Source of the DNA: Takakia lepidozioides
Taxonomy: Eukaryota > Plantae > Bryophyta
Assembly (NCBI GenBank): GCA_030704615.1
Contig: CM060731.1
Location: forward strand, 65,720,001 to 65,784,000
DNA: 64,000 nucleotides
Reading direction: 5' to 3'
Positions 1 through 11,571 of the stretch are shown in pieces; positions within the stretch are counted from its first letter, which is position 1, and every line of letters begins with the position of its first letter. Both the position numbers and the translations under genes were made by a program. The notes below the pieces were generated by a model. It searched no databases. It was not told the DNA's origin and saw only the letters and a list, made by a program, of their open reading frames with translations.

Positions 1-179
1 ACATAAAGAAATCGAGGACACAATAAAATGGAAAGCAAATGTATGAATAAAGCAATAAATATAAGCCTCGTACCAATGGCATGGTTGTTCCCCACTGTCT
101 ATACCGGAAGTGCCAAAACGCCAGCCAATCTTCCAATGCTCTCATATTCTCAAGTGATGCAGCCCCAGAAGAGAACCAC
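1..179 (-). mobile_element. Second copy (fragment) of the Mutator-like transposase gene, running off the left edge
   Basis: Reverse complement of 13468-13646 with 6 substitutions in 179 bp; encodes WWFSSGAAS..WLAFWHFRYRQWG plus the following intron. Confidence 0.9.
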
Positions 180-289
180 GTCAGCTGGCGTGAGCGTACG
201 CTCACGCCACGTCACTCCTGCGTGAGCGTACGCTCGCGCACTCACACGCAACGCTCACGCCATTGCGTCGTTGATTTCCGCCCAGTGTC

Positions 290-1167
290 TTGCACGCGCT
301 ACCTCTTGCCTCTGCATGGCATTGGCTTTCAGCGCTAGATGTTCTGGGCGCATTTCAGCTAGGACTGCCGAGGCCCCGTCTTTATACAAGAATTCCGGTG
401 GCACTGCGTCATGAGGTCCAACTGGCACTCCGTCTGCCCTTAGACATTCTGGCTCGTGATCCTGATGATATACCAGCATGGTATGTTTTCTTGTTATTTC
501 CTTAGTGGTGTTTGGTTTTGCCCCCTCGTGACGGTCAGTCAGGGCACAGAGAGACGCGCATTCGTCTTCGCCGTTTTTTTATCTGGAGATTGGGAGAGTC
601 TGCAAGATGAGCATTAATTACGGGCACTAGCCCTTGCGGCACACGCCCCTCCTGCTTCCTCCACGCAGCCACCCTCATCGGCCCACATGTGACTTCGTCA
701 TAGTCTCATGTTAGGCCGTGTTGGCGAGTATTCACGCGCGGCCAAGGCTTTAGCACCTTCCTCACCAGCGCCTCCATCACCGGATACTGTCACTGCCCCC
801 AAAGCCCTTCACCCATCAGCTCAGGATATTCTGTCGCTCTTTGTCGAGGACTTCGAGCCAGACCAGGATCTCAAGCTAGATCGGGAGGTTTTCACTGAGG
901 CTTTCACGCGCAGTCCCCATCTTGCAGCGGCAGGTCCTTCCGGTCTCTTGTATGAGCACTTACGCGCCTGTTTCTCTCCACCGGACTCTGCTAGTGGCTT
1001 CTCTCAGCTATTTCAGAGTTGATCCTTTATTGCTGCTGGCCGTATCTCTGCCCAATGGCCCGTTTCCTTGGGGCCTCCAGATGGTTGGCTATGAGCAAAC
1101 CCTCAGGTACTGGCATCCGCCCTATCATAGTTGGAGAGGTTCTTTACCGCCTTGACAGCTGCTCACT
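290..1167 (+). mobile_element. Degenerate CRE/R2-like non-LTR retrotransposon fragment (pre-RT region and start of RT)
   Basis: Frameshifted peptides AWYVFLLFP-WCL..RLRRF..GDW, LGRVGEYSRAAKAL, AAGPSGLLYEHL and GIRPIIVGEVLYRL, typical of the RT N-terminus of RLE-clade non-LTR elements; truncated at the Gypsy junction. Confidence 0.7.
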
Positions 1168-3599
1168 CATCAAATTCGGGTGGCGGAAGGAGATGAGGAG
1201 AAGACCGCGTGCAGGACAAGGTATGGTTCATATGAGTTCTTGGTGATGCCTTTTGGGCTCACCAATGCACCAGTGACATTTAGCACGCTGATGAACAACC
1301 TTTTCCAGGAGTGGTTGGATGACTTTGTGATCGTGTACATCGACGACATCTTGGTATACTCGAAAACAAAGGAAGAACACCTGAAGCACCTAAAAAGGGT
1401 GTTCCAAAAATTGCGAGAAGGGAAGCTGTATGCCAAAGCTTCAAAGTGCGAATTCGGGGTCACAAAAGTGGAGTTCCTGGGGCATGTGATTACATAGGAT
1501 GGGATCAAAATGGATGACAGAAAGGTGAGGGCGATCTTGGACTGGGAGCCTCCGACTTCGGTCCCGGGAATGCGATCCTTCCTAGGACTCGCCTCCTATT
1601 ACCGGAAGTATGTGAGAAATTTCGCCAAGATCGCGGGGCCGTTGTCGGACCTTCTGTGTAAATCCAAAGTCTGGGAATGGAATACATTTTGTGGCCAAGC
1701 TTTTGCTGAATTGAAGCAGCGGATGGCGGAAGCTCGAGTCTTGAAAATCCCGGAGTTCGATCGTCCATTTGAGATTCATACAGATGCGTCGGACTTCGCG
1801 ATTGGGGGTGTACTTATGTAAGATGGACGTCCAGTGGCTTACGAAAGTAAGAAACTGAATGAAGTGGAGCGACGGTGGCCGACGCACAAAAAAAGATGAA
1901 GGCGGTGGTGCATTGCCTCGAGCTTTGGCGCCACTATGTTGGTTCCAACCCAGTGAAGGTGTTCACGGACAATGTCACGGTGAAGTATTTTGCCACGCAG
2001 CCCAAGTTGTCCCCAAAACAACTTAGGTGGCAAGATACTTTGGCGGTGTTCGATGTGGATATCCAGTACAAACCGGGACGAGACAACGTGGTGGCCGATA
2101 CTTTAAGTAGAAAGCAGCAGCTCTTGTTGGTGTACAAGGGCGAGACGACGCTCCAAAGGAAGATCCGGAAGGCTTGCCGGAAGGATGAGCTGGCAAAGTC
2201 CGCGATGCAGGACTTGAGGATGGGGGGTAAATCGCAGTTCCACTTGCAAAATGGACTGCTCCGGTATAAGCAAAAACGTCTCTACGTGCCGAAGGGAGGG
2301 ATCAGAGATAGCCTCTTGAGAGAATGCCATGATAGCCCGCTTGCGGGCCACGGCGGAGCCAAGCGCACTGCGCACTCTTGAAGAAAAGTATTTCTGGCCC
2401 AAACTGAGGGAGGAGGCAGAGGAGTATGTCAAGACATGCACCACATGCCAACAAAACCGGAGCGAGTACAAAAAGCAAGCGGGGCTGTTACAACCTTTGC
2501 CAATTCCAGAGGGGACTTGGGAAAGCGTCTCGATGGATTTCATGACTGCTATGCCGCTGTCAAAAGGGATTCGATGCAATCATGGTGGTGGTGGATAGGT
2601 TCAGTAAAATGGGTCATTTCATCCCCACCAAGGAGACGGCAACGGCGCAGGAGACAGGGCAACTTTACTTCGCCCACGTCTTAAAACATCATGGAGTCCC
2701 GAAGGATATTGTCTCGGACCGCGATCCAAAGTTTACGAGTAAATTTTGGAGGGCACTTTGGAAGAAGATGGGGACGAGGCTGAAGATGAGCACCGCCGCC
2801 TTCCGACCTACGACCGACGGCCAAACAGAAAGGGTGAATTCCGTAGTGAAGCAGATCTTGCGGAATTACGTGTCGGCAGACCAAACACTGGGTGGAACAC
2901 TTAGCGGCAGAGTTCCGTTATAATAACACAGAACACTCCGCAACGGGAGTTTCCCCTTTCGTATTGGTCTATGGAAAAGCACCTCTGGTGCCGACAAGTT
3001 GGGCCGCCCAGGACGTTGAGGAACCGGCAGTAGCGGCGGTACTGGAAGAACACGAGCGTTTGTTGAAGCTCGCAAAGTACAATATTGCCAAAGCTAGGAA
3101 ACGGTATGAAAGGCAGGCGAATCGGAAGCGGAGGGAAGTGAAGTTTGAGGCAGGCACAGAGGTCTGGTTGAACATCAAGAATTTCCGACTACCTCCGGAA
3201 GTGAGTCCGAAGTTCGTACCTCCGTATGCGGGACCCTTTCGCATTCGGAAGGTTATGAATGAGGATGTGTATGAATTGGAGCTGCCGGCAAACAGTAAGG
3301 TGCACCCAGTATTCTATGTATCCCTTTTGAAGCCTTACTTCAAAGATGAAGCGCGTCCGAATCGGCATCAAGAGTTGCGTCCACCACCTATGCTGTTGGA
3401 TCATGAAAATGAACCTGAGTACGAGGTGGAGGCAATACTTAAGTCGAGGAGGTTCAGGAACCAAGAAATGGAGTATCTCGTCAAATGGAAGGGCTATCAT
3501 CATGTGGAGGCATCTTGGGTGCGTGCCTCAGAAATGGGAAACGCATCTGAGGCGGTTGCAGCTTTCGAAGGGCGACCTCAAAAGCGGAAGAAGCGTTGA
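1168..3599 (+). mobile_element. Ty3/Gypsy chromovirus pol pseudogene (RT C-half, RNase H, integrase, chromodomain), 5'-truncated
   Basis: [27 protein letters not shown] (CHDSPLAGH..CTTCQ), SMDF/SDRD/DGQTER integrase core, chromodomain EYEVEAIL..YLVKWKGY..SW; in-frame stops and frameshifts; RT-RH-IN order. Confidence 0.95.
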
Positions 3600-3615
3600 T
3601 GGGGACATCAACCTT

Positions 3616-3633
3616 GGAGCGTGGGGGAGGAAA
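3616..3633 (+). other. Polypurine tract of the Gypsy element
   Basis: GGAGCGTGGGGGAGGAAA lies directly after the pol stop and directly before TG. Confidence 0.75.
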
Positions 3634-5237
3634 TGCATGCTTAGTCCGGCTTAGCTAGCTCAGGAATCCAATTGCAAAAACTTGTATTGTACAAAATTTA
3701 CTTTAAATGAAATGTTTCAAAATGTTGTGCTTCCTATTTTTGTTTGGAATGGCGATGCATGGTGGTTGGCTAGTGTGTAGAAGGCATGCTAGCTTACAAA
3801 AGCGGGAGAGGTAAATTGGGTTAATCGTGTGTTTGCGCTGTGCCGAAATCGGGTGACTCCCATCCAAGGGGCAAGGAAACTTGCGCCTTCTTTGGGAGTT
3901 CACGTGCTAGTGCGCACCTGGCGCGTGCGCGTACTATAACTCCTCACCGAGGGGGTTGCCTTGTAGTGCGGGCTAACGCGGAAGCTACGTGCTTCCGTTC
4001 ACGTACTATAATCGTGTAGCCTCGGGACGAAGTCGTAGTGCGGCTTCGGCGTGTTCCCGTACCTCAGGCCAGCATTCCAAGGCGGACCCAATTGTAGTGA
4101 TTGGGGCGCACGGTTGGTTCAAGGTTATCTTCCTAGTCAAAGAGGGTTCCAGGTGAACCCTTGCTCAAGGTGATGCCAAAAGCGGCATCAAGAGCGATCG
4201 CAAGCAATGTTGTTGTAGTAAGGCGATTCGATCCTCGGGGAGGATTGTTCCTTGGCCTTGAAGTAGGCCAAGAAGAGTGCACTGGGAGGAGCTGGAGAGG
4301 CTCCACCCTTGGCCAGGACTTGGAGGAAGTCGGCCGAACTAGCTAGTGGGAGAGTAGAGTCAAGTGGGGTTTGGTTCTTTGCCATGGGACGCCATGGTAC
4401 GGAAACAAACTCCTTAATTTGGGACGCCACAACTTGGATGTTCGTTTCTACAAAATGAACAAGTCGATGAGGACATCGACTCCCTGTTGGTAGGGGTGTG
4501 TGTCGCGGCCCTTTGCCTTGAGGGCAAGGGGGTCGGGACACATGAGGGGTTGCCCCTGTGGTGGGGGCAGCGGCAGCGATAGGTATGGGGGGCTGAAGCA
4601 CCCTTGAGTGCCCAAGGCACCCAAGGAGGCGGAGGCGCTCACTAGGTGGAGCCCCGCACACCGGGTTGTGGTGGGGGTGGCTCCACAAGGGGTGGTGGTA
4701 GCTTAGCGGGACTTAGTGGGGGTGGCATAGGACTCACCATGGGGGCGGAGACCTCGTGGTGGGAGTCGTGGGGAGTCTTGGGACTCATCACGGTCCATAG
4801 GGGCCGTAGTGAGTGGGCCAAGACTCACCGCGACTCATCACCGGGAGTCGAGGGTTTTCGTGGTGGTTCGCCATAAAATGGCATGGCTGGTTGTGAAACC
4901 CCCGCGGACAGCTATAGAAGTATATATAAGGGGAGTAGTGACCCCGAGAACGGTGCAAGCCCGTTGGTGACCAAAAACTAGTGAGTAAGCAAGCGAGCCG
5001 GAAAGCGACCAAAGAGTGGGGAGCTGTTCCGGACTGCCATCTACCAAAGGGAATTCTCCTAGTCCCAAATAGGTGGAGGGTTTAGAGGGAAGCGAAGGGG
5101 GACCGTTATGTCCCGGTGAGCAGCCGAAGCTCCAAGTTGGCCCGGGCAGCCAGGTTGGGAGTCAGGCGCGCGCATCAAAGCGAGTAACTATGACTTGAAG
5201 GGGAGCTTATCGAAGTGAGGTGCGCGACACCGTGACA
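3634..5237 (+). mobile_element. 3' LTR of the Gypsy element (~1.6 kb)
   Basis: Starts TGCATG after the PPT and ends CGTGACA (imperfect TG..CA terminal inverted repeat); TATATATAAGGGG box at ~4921; unrelated coding sequence resumes at 5238. Confidence 0.7.
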
Positions 5238-5259
5238 CCCCTTCAAAAGCTCCTTTCAT

Positions 5260-5830
5260 AGAAAAGTCGAAACTAATTGTTCTAGACCTGAACGGGATCC
5301 TGTGCCACTCTATTCCTAACTTTCAGCCCAACCCGGCGTCATTGGCCATGGGTGTTTGACCACCAACAAGTATGTTTTCCCAAGGCCCCAGGTCTGCGAG
5401 TTTTTAAACCTTCTCTTCCGGTATTTCTACGTTGGGATATGGTCCTGTGCTTCCAAGGGGAATGTTGCAGACATCTTCAAAGTGGTCATGCAGGGGGTCA
5501 AGGGTTCTCCCCTCTTTGTGTGGTCACAAGAGGAGTGTGACCCCTTGACAGAGCCACACCCCACAAAAGGGCCTGCCGTACAGAACTTACAGAAGAGACT
5601 GTCGAGGGTGTGGTCGGAATTTTCTGGATTTAACGAATCCAACACCCTCCTAGTGGATGATTCACCACACAAGGGGAGGGGAAACTCCCCTTTGAACATG
5701 GTCCATCCATTGTAGTTTGATGTCACTGGCAATGTCAGTGAGGGGCCCGATTCAGACTACCTTTTAGAAACAGTCTGACCCTACTGCCAAGATTTGTTTT
5801 GCTCCAAGGATGTGCGTGTCTTCACAAGCA
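5260..5830 (+). pseudogene. FCP1/NIF-type HAD phosphatase-like domain, probably CACTA cargo
   Basis: KLIVLDLNGILCH, VFPRPQVCEFL, VGIWS, LFVWSQEEC, NTLLVDDSPHK; stop at 5713 and a frameshift near the 5' end. Confidence 0.75.
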
Positions 5831-6696
5831 CGCGGAAACTGACCCCGACTGGCAGCTTGAATGTGGGAGAGGATGGGGTCGTTGGGGGAAGTACTTTTGC
5901 GCCCATGCAGGTGAAACTAACCTTATTGTTTGCAACATGACATCGAAGCCAAAGTCCATGTTTGTTTGTTCCCCCCGGATGCCCTCTCACGCAAGGCTGG
6001 CACTATATGTTTTGCAGGGACCACATGTACAGGGAAAGGCAGTGGGGTCGAATGTGAAGAAGGTGGGTCCTGCGCCTACGACCATAGTGCTACGGCGGCA
6101 CATTCCGGATTCCCCCCTCGGCATGAGGAGGCAGCGCCCAAGGTATGGTTGTTCCCAGCCCCTCTCCACAAACCTACTTGGTTGGTTTCCTTTATGGATA
6201 CACTTCCTGAAGCGTTGCAATGTGTATTCATTGCAGGTGAGCAAGAGGAGTGGGCTGTCCCCAGCACCATCATCGCAGCAAGACGTGGTTCCCCAGGCAT
6301 GCATTCATGGCTCCTTGCTTTGCCTGGCTGGTTTTTAGTAGGGTTATTTTTGCCAGGAAGTTGTAGTGCTAGGGTCTGAGCAGGGTGTTTGTTAGCTTGC
6401 TCCGTGGAGGTGTGTTTATACCATTGCAACCACCAGAGTTCATGTTATTCTTATCCGTCTGACTAAACCTCTTTTTGCTGCTGCAGTTGAAGGCACGTGG
6501 GCAGCTTTCCTCAGTTGCCACCCTCAGCGACGAGCTTCGCTTCAAGGTACGTTGGTACACCGTGAATTGGCTGTTGATTCAGTATTGTGGCAACCAAGAT
6601 CATTTCCATGCCCAGCTGCGCTTGACTTTCACCCTGTCATTGCTATGTTTGTTGCTGAGTGGACCCTGATGTTGGTGTCTGTAGATATCAGATCCT

Positions 6697-6951
6697 GTGT
6701 TTCTCCTGAACCCCCATGACAAGCGGTCAAAGACAGCCACCGCCAAGGCGGAAGTGGTGGGAATAGCTGGGGTTGACAAGTTCCACTGCAACATTCGATC
6801 CGGGTGGTACAAGGTGAAAGTCCACGAGATCATGCTTCCAAGTGTTACATTGTCTTGCCCAAATGTGGACGATGCCCCCCCCCCAGACCACATTAGCGCA
6901 CGTGAAAGGCACGGTGACTTTGTGGCCAGAGAAGAGTATGAGGAAAGGTGA
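6697..6951 (+). mobile_element. En/Spm TnpA-like (Transposase_23-type) fragment
   Basis: AKAEVVGIAG..FHCNIRSGWYKVKVHEIMLPSVTLSCP resembles the TnpA C-terminal domain; lies inside a CACTA end. Confidence 0.5.
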
Positions 6952-7993
6952 AAGTATCAAGTGACATTTCATGTTTGTAGTCCCTGTTGGGTGTGTAATG
7001 ATACTCATAGAAGTGTGTATGATACTCACGTTACCAGTTTTGAACATTTGGGCCATGACAGTTTAAGTGATGTCCGGCAACCATGTATGTTGGCATTTAG
7101 TCTTGCTCATATGCAGGTGTGCCGTGATGGTCTCTAATTTGAATGTAATATCACATTCCTGACTTGTCGTCGTGTCCGTCCACCTTCTATGTGTATGTGT
7201 GATGGTCTTTGGTCTCCCTGTTGCCTCGTCTATTTGGTTCATTAGCGTGATGTTGTGCATGCATCGTGGTCTGTGTTCTCAGTCTCGCCCAGTATCATTG
7301 CTTCTCAATTCCCCCTGCATATGGGGGAACCACTAAAACCAGTAGAATGCATCAGAACCATATTTTCAGCTTAGAATGCAGGTCAGTTGTGAGTTGGCCA
7401 AAGCAGTCCCGAGATGGCACAAGCACTCTGCGTCTTTCCACTAGCAGTCGTACCCGTCGCTGCCATTGCGTGGGGACGACACCACGCGTCGACCCACACA
7501 CTCTCCACGTGGTCCCCGTGGATTCGTCTGCCGGAAGTTGTGCAGTTGACTTCGCCAGTGGCTGTTGCGACGTCACATGCAGCACTCCAAGTGATGTGGC
7601 CGACTGCGATGTGGCGACTTGGGCCCGTGGCCACGCGGCAGCATTGGCGCTCGTCGCGGCGCCGCCACATCGGCATCCACGTCCGCATCCACGTCCGCGT
7701 CCATGTGTCACCGCGCCCCGGGTGAGTCAGTCCACTCATCCAGAGGGAAAAGTCAAAGTCAGCCCAAAAGGTCAGACACACGGGCGGCCCGCCTGGTTAC
7801 GCCACGTGGTTCTTCAGCATTAATTGCATTAATTGCTGAGCAGTTGTTCGCGCGTCTGCGTCCTTTACCACTCCAATCATTGGATGTCCAACCCAACTAC
7901 CACGTCTGTTGTAACTAGTCTGTTGTAACTTCCAGTCGATCCCAATTTTTTGACTTTTACGACTCAAAATGAGTCGTTACCCCAGTGGTAAAT

Positions 7994-8012
7994 GACACGA
8001 ATGCTTCTAGTG
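7994..8012 (-). mobile_element. CACTA terminal inverted repeat (end 1)
   Basis: Minus strand reads CACTAGAAGCATTCGTGTC; the same 19 bp occur at 16527-16545; flanked by CTT. Confidence 0.85.
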
Positions 8013-8118
8013 AAGTGAATGTCGTCAACGACATTCAATCTGGATCTATGATTGCAATCCTTATGAAGCCACATTTTTTCCCAAAAAAAACAGTAGAGTT
8101 TTCAGTATGACATTGCAC

Positions 8119-10726
8119 CTGTACACAACTCGCATCATGGCCCACTCTCCTCCAACCTGACTGTCAAAGTCGTTGGACCGTAAAATGTTACCATCTTTGG
8201 AGAACTCCCGGAAAAAACAGTATCTCCAGGTGAGACCTCTCCACTTCCTTATGTATGCCTCCAATGACATTTGGGGAGGGGAAACAATCGAAATGTTCAG
8301 GTCCTTCAAAGTCTGATCCAGCACAATGACGGCGCGCTTTTCGAGCTGCAAATTGTATATTTGTCAGAATTGCAAATAAGATACTCATCACATACTTGAA
8401 GAAAGAAAACGGCATATTTGAATACACACACTGACTCCAAAATGTAGCCTTGTGGAGCCAGTTATCAAACACCAAATCACTGATTTCTTCCACCTTTGTG
8501 CCAGGCTGTATGGTGCTCTTTGGGAACCGATTCAAGTCCTTTACTGTTTGATCTGAGTTCCATATCTCCAGCCACCTTATTTTTGTTTGTGGGTCGACCA
8601 TCGATATGGCCAGCCGGTGCAATTTCTCCTGCTGCATCTCCGGATGCACATGCTTGTCATAGTGTGTTTTGATCTGCTGAAGGAACCCAGAACCAAGTCC
8701 AGGATCTACTATTCTAAGCTGCTTTCCGAAGGCGGACATCAATTTGGTTCTTCGCATTTCAAACTCCTTCTTTATTGCAGCTTCCACACCCTTTGATGTC
8801 CTTAGTTCCTCTGGTGTAGTGCGGTAATATTCGGATTTTCCCTTCTCAGCTGCCTCTGCAGTTCTTGCTGCATTGATTCAAGTAGTGATTAGCACCGAAG
8901 GGACTACAAACATGTATTCGAAAAGTAAACTGAGTACAGACTCGGGCTTACCGCATACATGTACTCCAGAAACGCCTCTCGTGTCAAAGAATACCAAGTG
9001 CCTGCAGCTCTTCCCGTTTCGCACTTCTTGATTATATTGGGTGGAAGTACTGTCCGAAAATCATCCAGCTTCATCAGACCAATCCTCTGAATTCGGAATA
9101 GTGTGTGGACCAAGCTTGTTGTCACATGCGATTTCTCTGTCGATCTGCAAAAACATTGGAAACATTGCATTCCTTAACACTGTTTTTTGGGGATTAATAA
9201 GACACTACAGAGGGAATGAAATCTCCTGGATGACTTACTTGTTCACGTCATGCATAGTTGTAAGAAGCCTAGCGATGTCGTTTCCAGGATCCAAAACCAT
9301 TGCCTCCACAACAACATGCTTGTCTTTGTCTTTCGCATGGTGTTTCTAAATGTATCCCATCCATGCCAGCAATCGGTGGTTGTCGTCCCAGACGTAGAAC
9401 ATGTGGTTGCAGAATTGCTGGGTGTTCTTTTCCATCATGAGGCCCAGCTCGAACTCCTCATTGGCATCTTTCCAGCACTCATCCCAGTTATCACTGATCT
9501 CTGGAGACACTAATGTGCTTTTCCCATTTATACCCGTCAGTGACACATAAAAAACTTGTGCACCAAGTCTATATCCATGCACAAAATCACTCTCCAATTT
9601 TGTTATGTCATGGGAAAGAGGTGGACGCACAACAGGCATATATCATCCGGCACAGAGGGATGTCCAGACGCCCTCCAGATACGAGCATGTCCCTTATAAC
9701 CTCATGAGAGTTTACCTTCTGGAATGACATGAGTTCTTTCACCTTGTCAAGGTAGTGCACTTCAGATTTATCTGCTTCATCTGTATTCTCTGAGCTTTTT
9801 CCGGACTCGTCCCCATCTCCAGATCCTTTCCCCTCTGATCCTGTAGGCATGGACCTCACAGTTTTCTGCACGATGCCATTCAATTCTGACTGAGTAATTT
9901 GCAAATAGTGAACGGCGGTAACGACCATCACTCTGTCTCCAAGAAACTCACTATGAATGGTGTGTGAAACAATTCAGCACAATCTACACAAGCAAAGCTG
10001 ATCCTGCCGTATTCAAAACAAAAGCGAGAGCGATAGCGAACGACGTTAACGACAATCACAAAGATAAGGACCTGCCGGATCGGTGTTGTGTAATGACATC
10101 TATGTGTAAGTGATTGGCGGCAACGACATTCAGTATAGTTTAGGGCGGACAGTAAGTGCAGATTATTCAGATTGACTCCATTGTGATTACCGTCGCCAAC
10201 ATGAGAAGAGGAAGGACTGCTTGAAAGGCAATCAGACAGACTGTATGATCTGAACAATGATGATTGACGGTACCGTTAGTCACCCACTCATTGTGCGGTA
10301 AACCCTTAGCAGAGGAGTAGAAAGCAAATCACCGTTGTGATGGTCGGTAGCGACAATCCCTGTCTGGGACATTCCACTCAATCTCTACGCAGATCTTCAA
10401 CAATGAAATGTAAGTTAGAGAAAACTTACTGGCGCCTTCTTAGGTTTTGAAATTGGATCCCCTTCTGCAGCTTTCCTCTTCCCTCTCACATCTGCTGGAA
10501 TTTCTGTCTGCTCTAGGGTTTCTGGACCTTCTCCCGGTTCGGCGTTCCTCGTGCTTCCACCTCCTTTAGTGTCCCTGCGAGTCATCTCTGCATCCACAGG
10601 CTGGCGCACTTTTATCGCCGACTGTGTCACAGCCGCTGCCTCAGTCTCCGTCTGCTCTTGTGAATCAGTCTCCGCGTTCACCTGCTGCCTTGGCCCTGTG
10701 TTCTCCAACAAACGACGCCTCGTCAT
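8119..10726 (-). pseudogene. 5' half of a spliced transposon-associated gene with a ParB/DGxHR-like domain
   Basis: Exons approx 10726-10429, 9900-9238, 9145-8952, 8903-8395, 8346-8119 with GT donors; VVRPPLSHDITKLESDFVHGY..FYVS..MFYVWDDNHRLLAW resembles the ParB/Srx DGxHR motif; frameshift and stop present. Confidence 0.65.
9909..10359. repeat. Array of degenerate 22-bp palindromes in intron 1 of the ParB-like gene
   Basis: Copies start at 9909, 10037, 10111, 10184 (weak), 10261, 10338, with a possible extra at 9954; e.g. TGATTGGCGGCAACGACATTCA; spacing 74/73/77/77. Confidence 0.65.
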
Positions 10727-11571
10727 TTGCTCTCTTGCTCTACGTCTCTCTCTAAGGGAAGTAAAATAAAGAGACTTTCTTCTCTTTCGTATTGTAGAAG
10801 GAACCCTCTCCAGCTTGACTACCACTCTCTCTCTAAGCGCGAAAAGTAGAAAAACGCAGTGACTCCCGATTTCTTGCGGGATTGCCTGCGTTGTTGCTTG
10901 TCTCTAGAAGCATCGGATTCCCTCTCGCGTGACCGTTACACATAGTCGTTCCCTTATTAGTGCACATGCCAGCAATTGGTGTACAGCTGTTCGTATCATT
11001 TATGGATGTCTGACGTATGTCGCCCAAATAAACGGCGTGTTCTTTATTAGAACGGTTTCAATATTTAAAAATAACAGCGAATCCCAGAAATCTTGGCGCA
11101 CAGTCTTACACAAATAAATGTAAATGAACGAGAGTTTGATGACAAATTAACATACACGGTCATCCTTGTTAGCCAAACCCCACATTCGTTTCACATTTGG
11201 AACTTTCCAGGTACGCATGATCATTGGTAGTAGTATAAAGATACATTTACTTAATCTGCAATCCCATCCTCAGATCCTGTGGCATGCTTCCAGGAAGTCG
11301 GCTTTGTTATTGGGTTTATTGATGAGGTTCTGATTAACGGTTTAACAGCTGCCGACACTGCTCCTAGGGATACTCTGACCACTGGGCCCACAAGAAAAGT
11401 AATTAAAATGGACGGCTGCATATCTGGAAAGAAACATAATATGCACAGTCGTTGTCTGAGCTTCCTCCGCCATATTCTCTGCTCATTCTTCAACTGTGTT
11501 CTGGAGACATCAGTAAACCGATTTACACTAGATCTGCGATAGCAAGGTATAAACGTACGTGAGGAAGGAAG

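Noticed and set aside
4161-5068. ORFs within the LTR
   Set aside because: GC-rich LTR sequence with no recognisable motifs
5987-6304. PHD-finger-like ORF
   Set aside because: Cys/His spacing does not fit; support insufficient
7961-8012. Helitron 3' end (hairpin plus CTAG)
   Set aside because: Better explained as a CACTA TIR: identical 19 bp at 16527 and a matching 3-bp TSD
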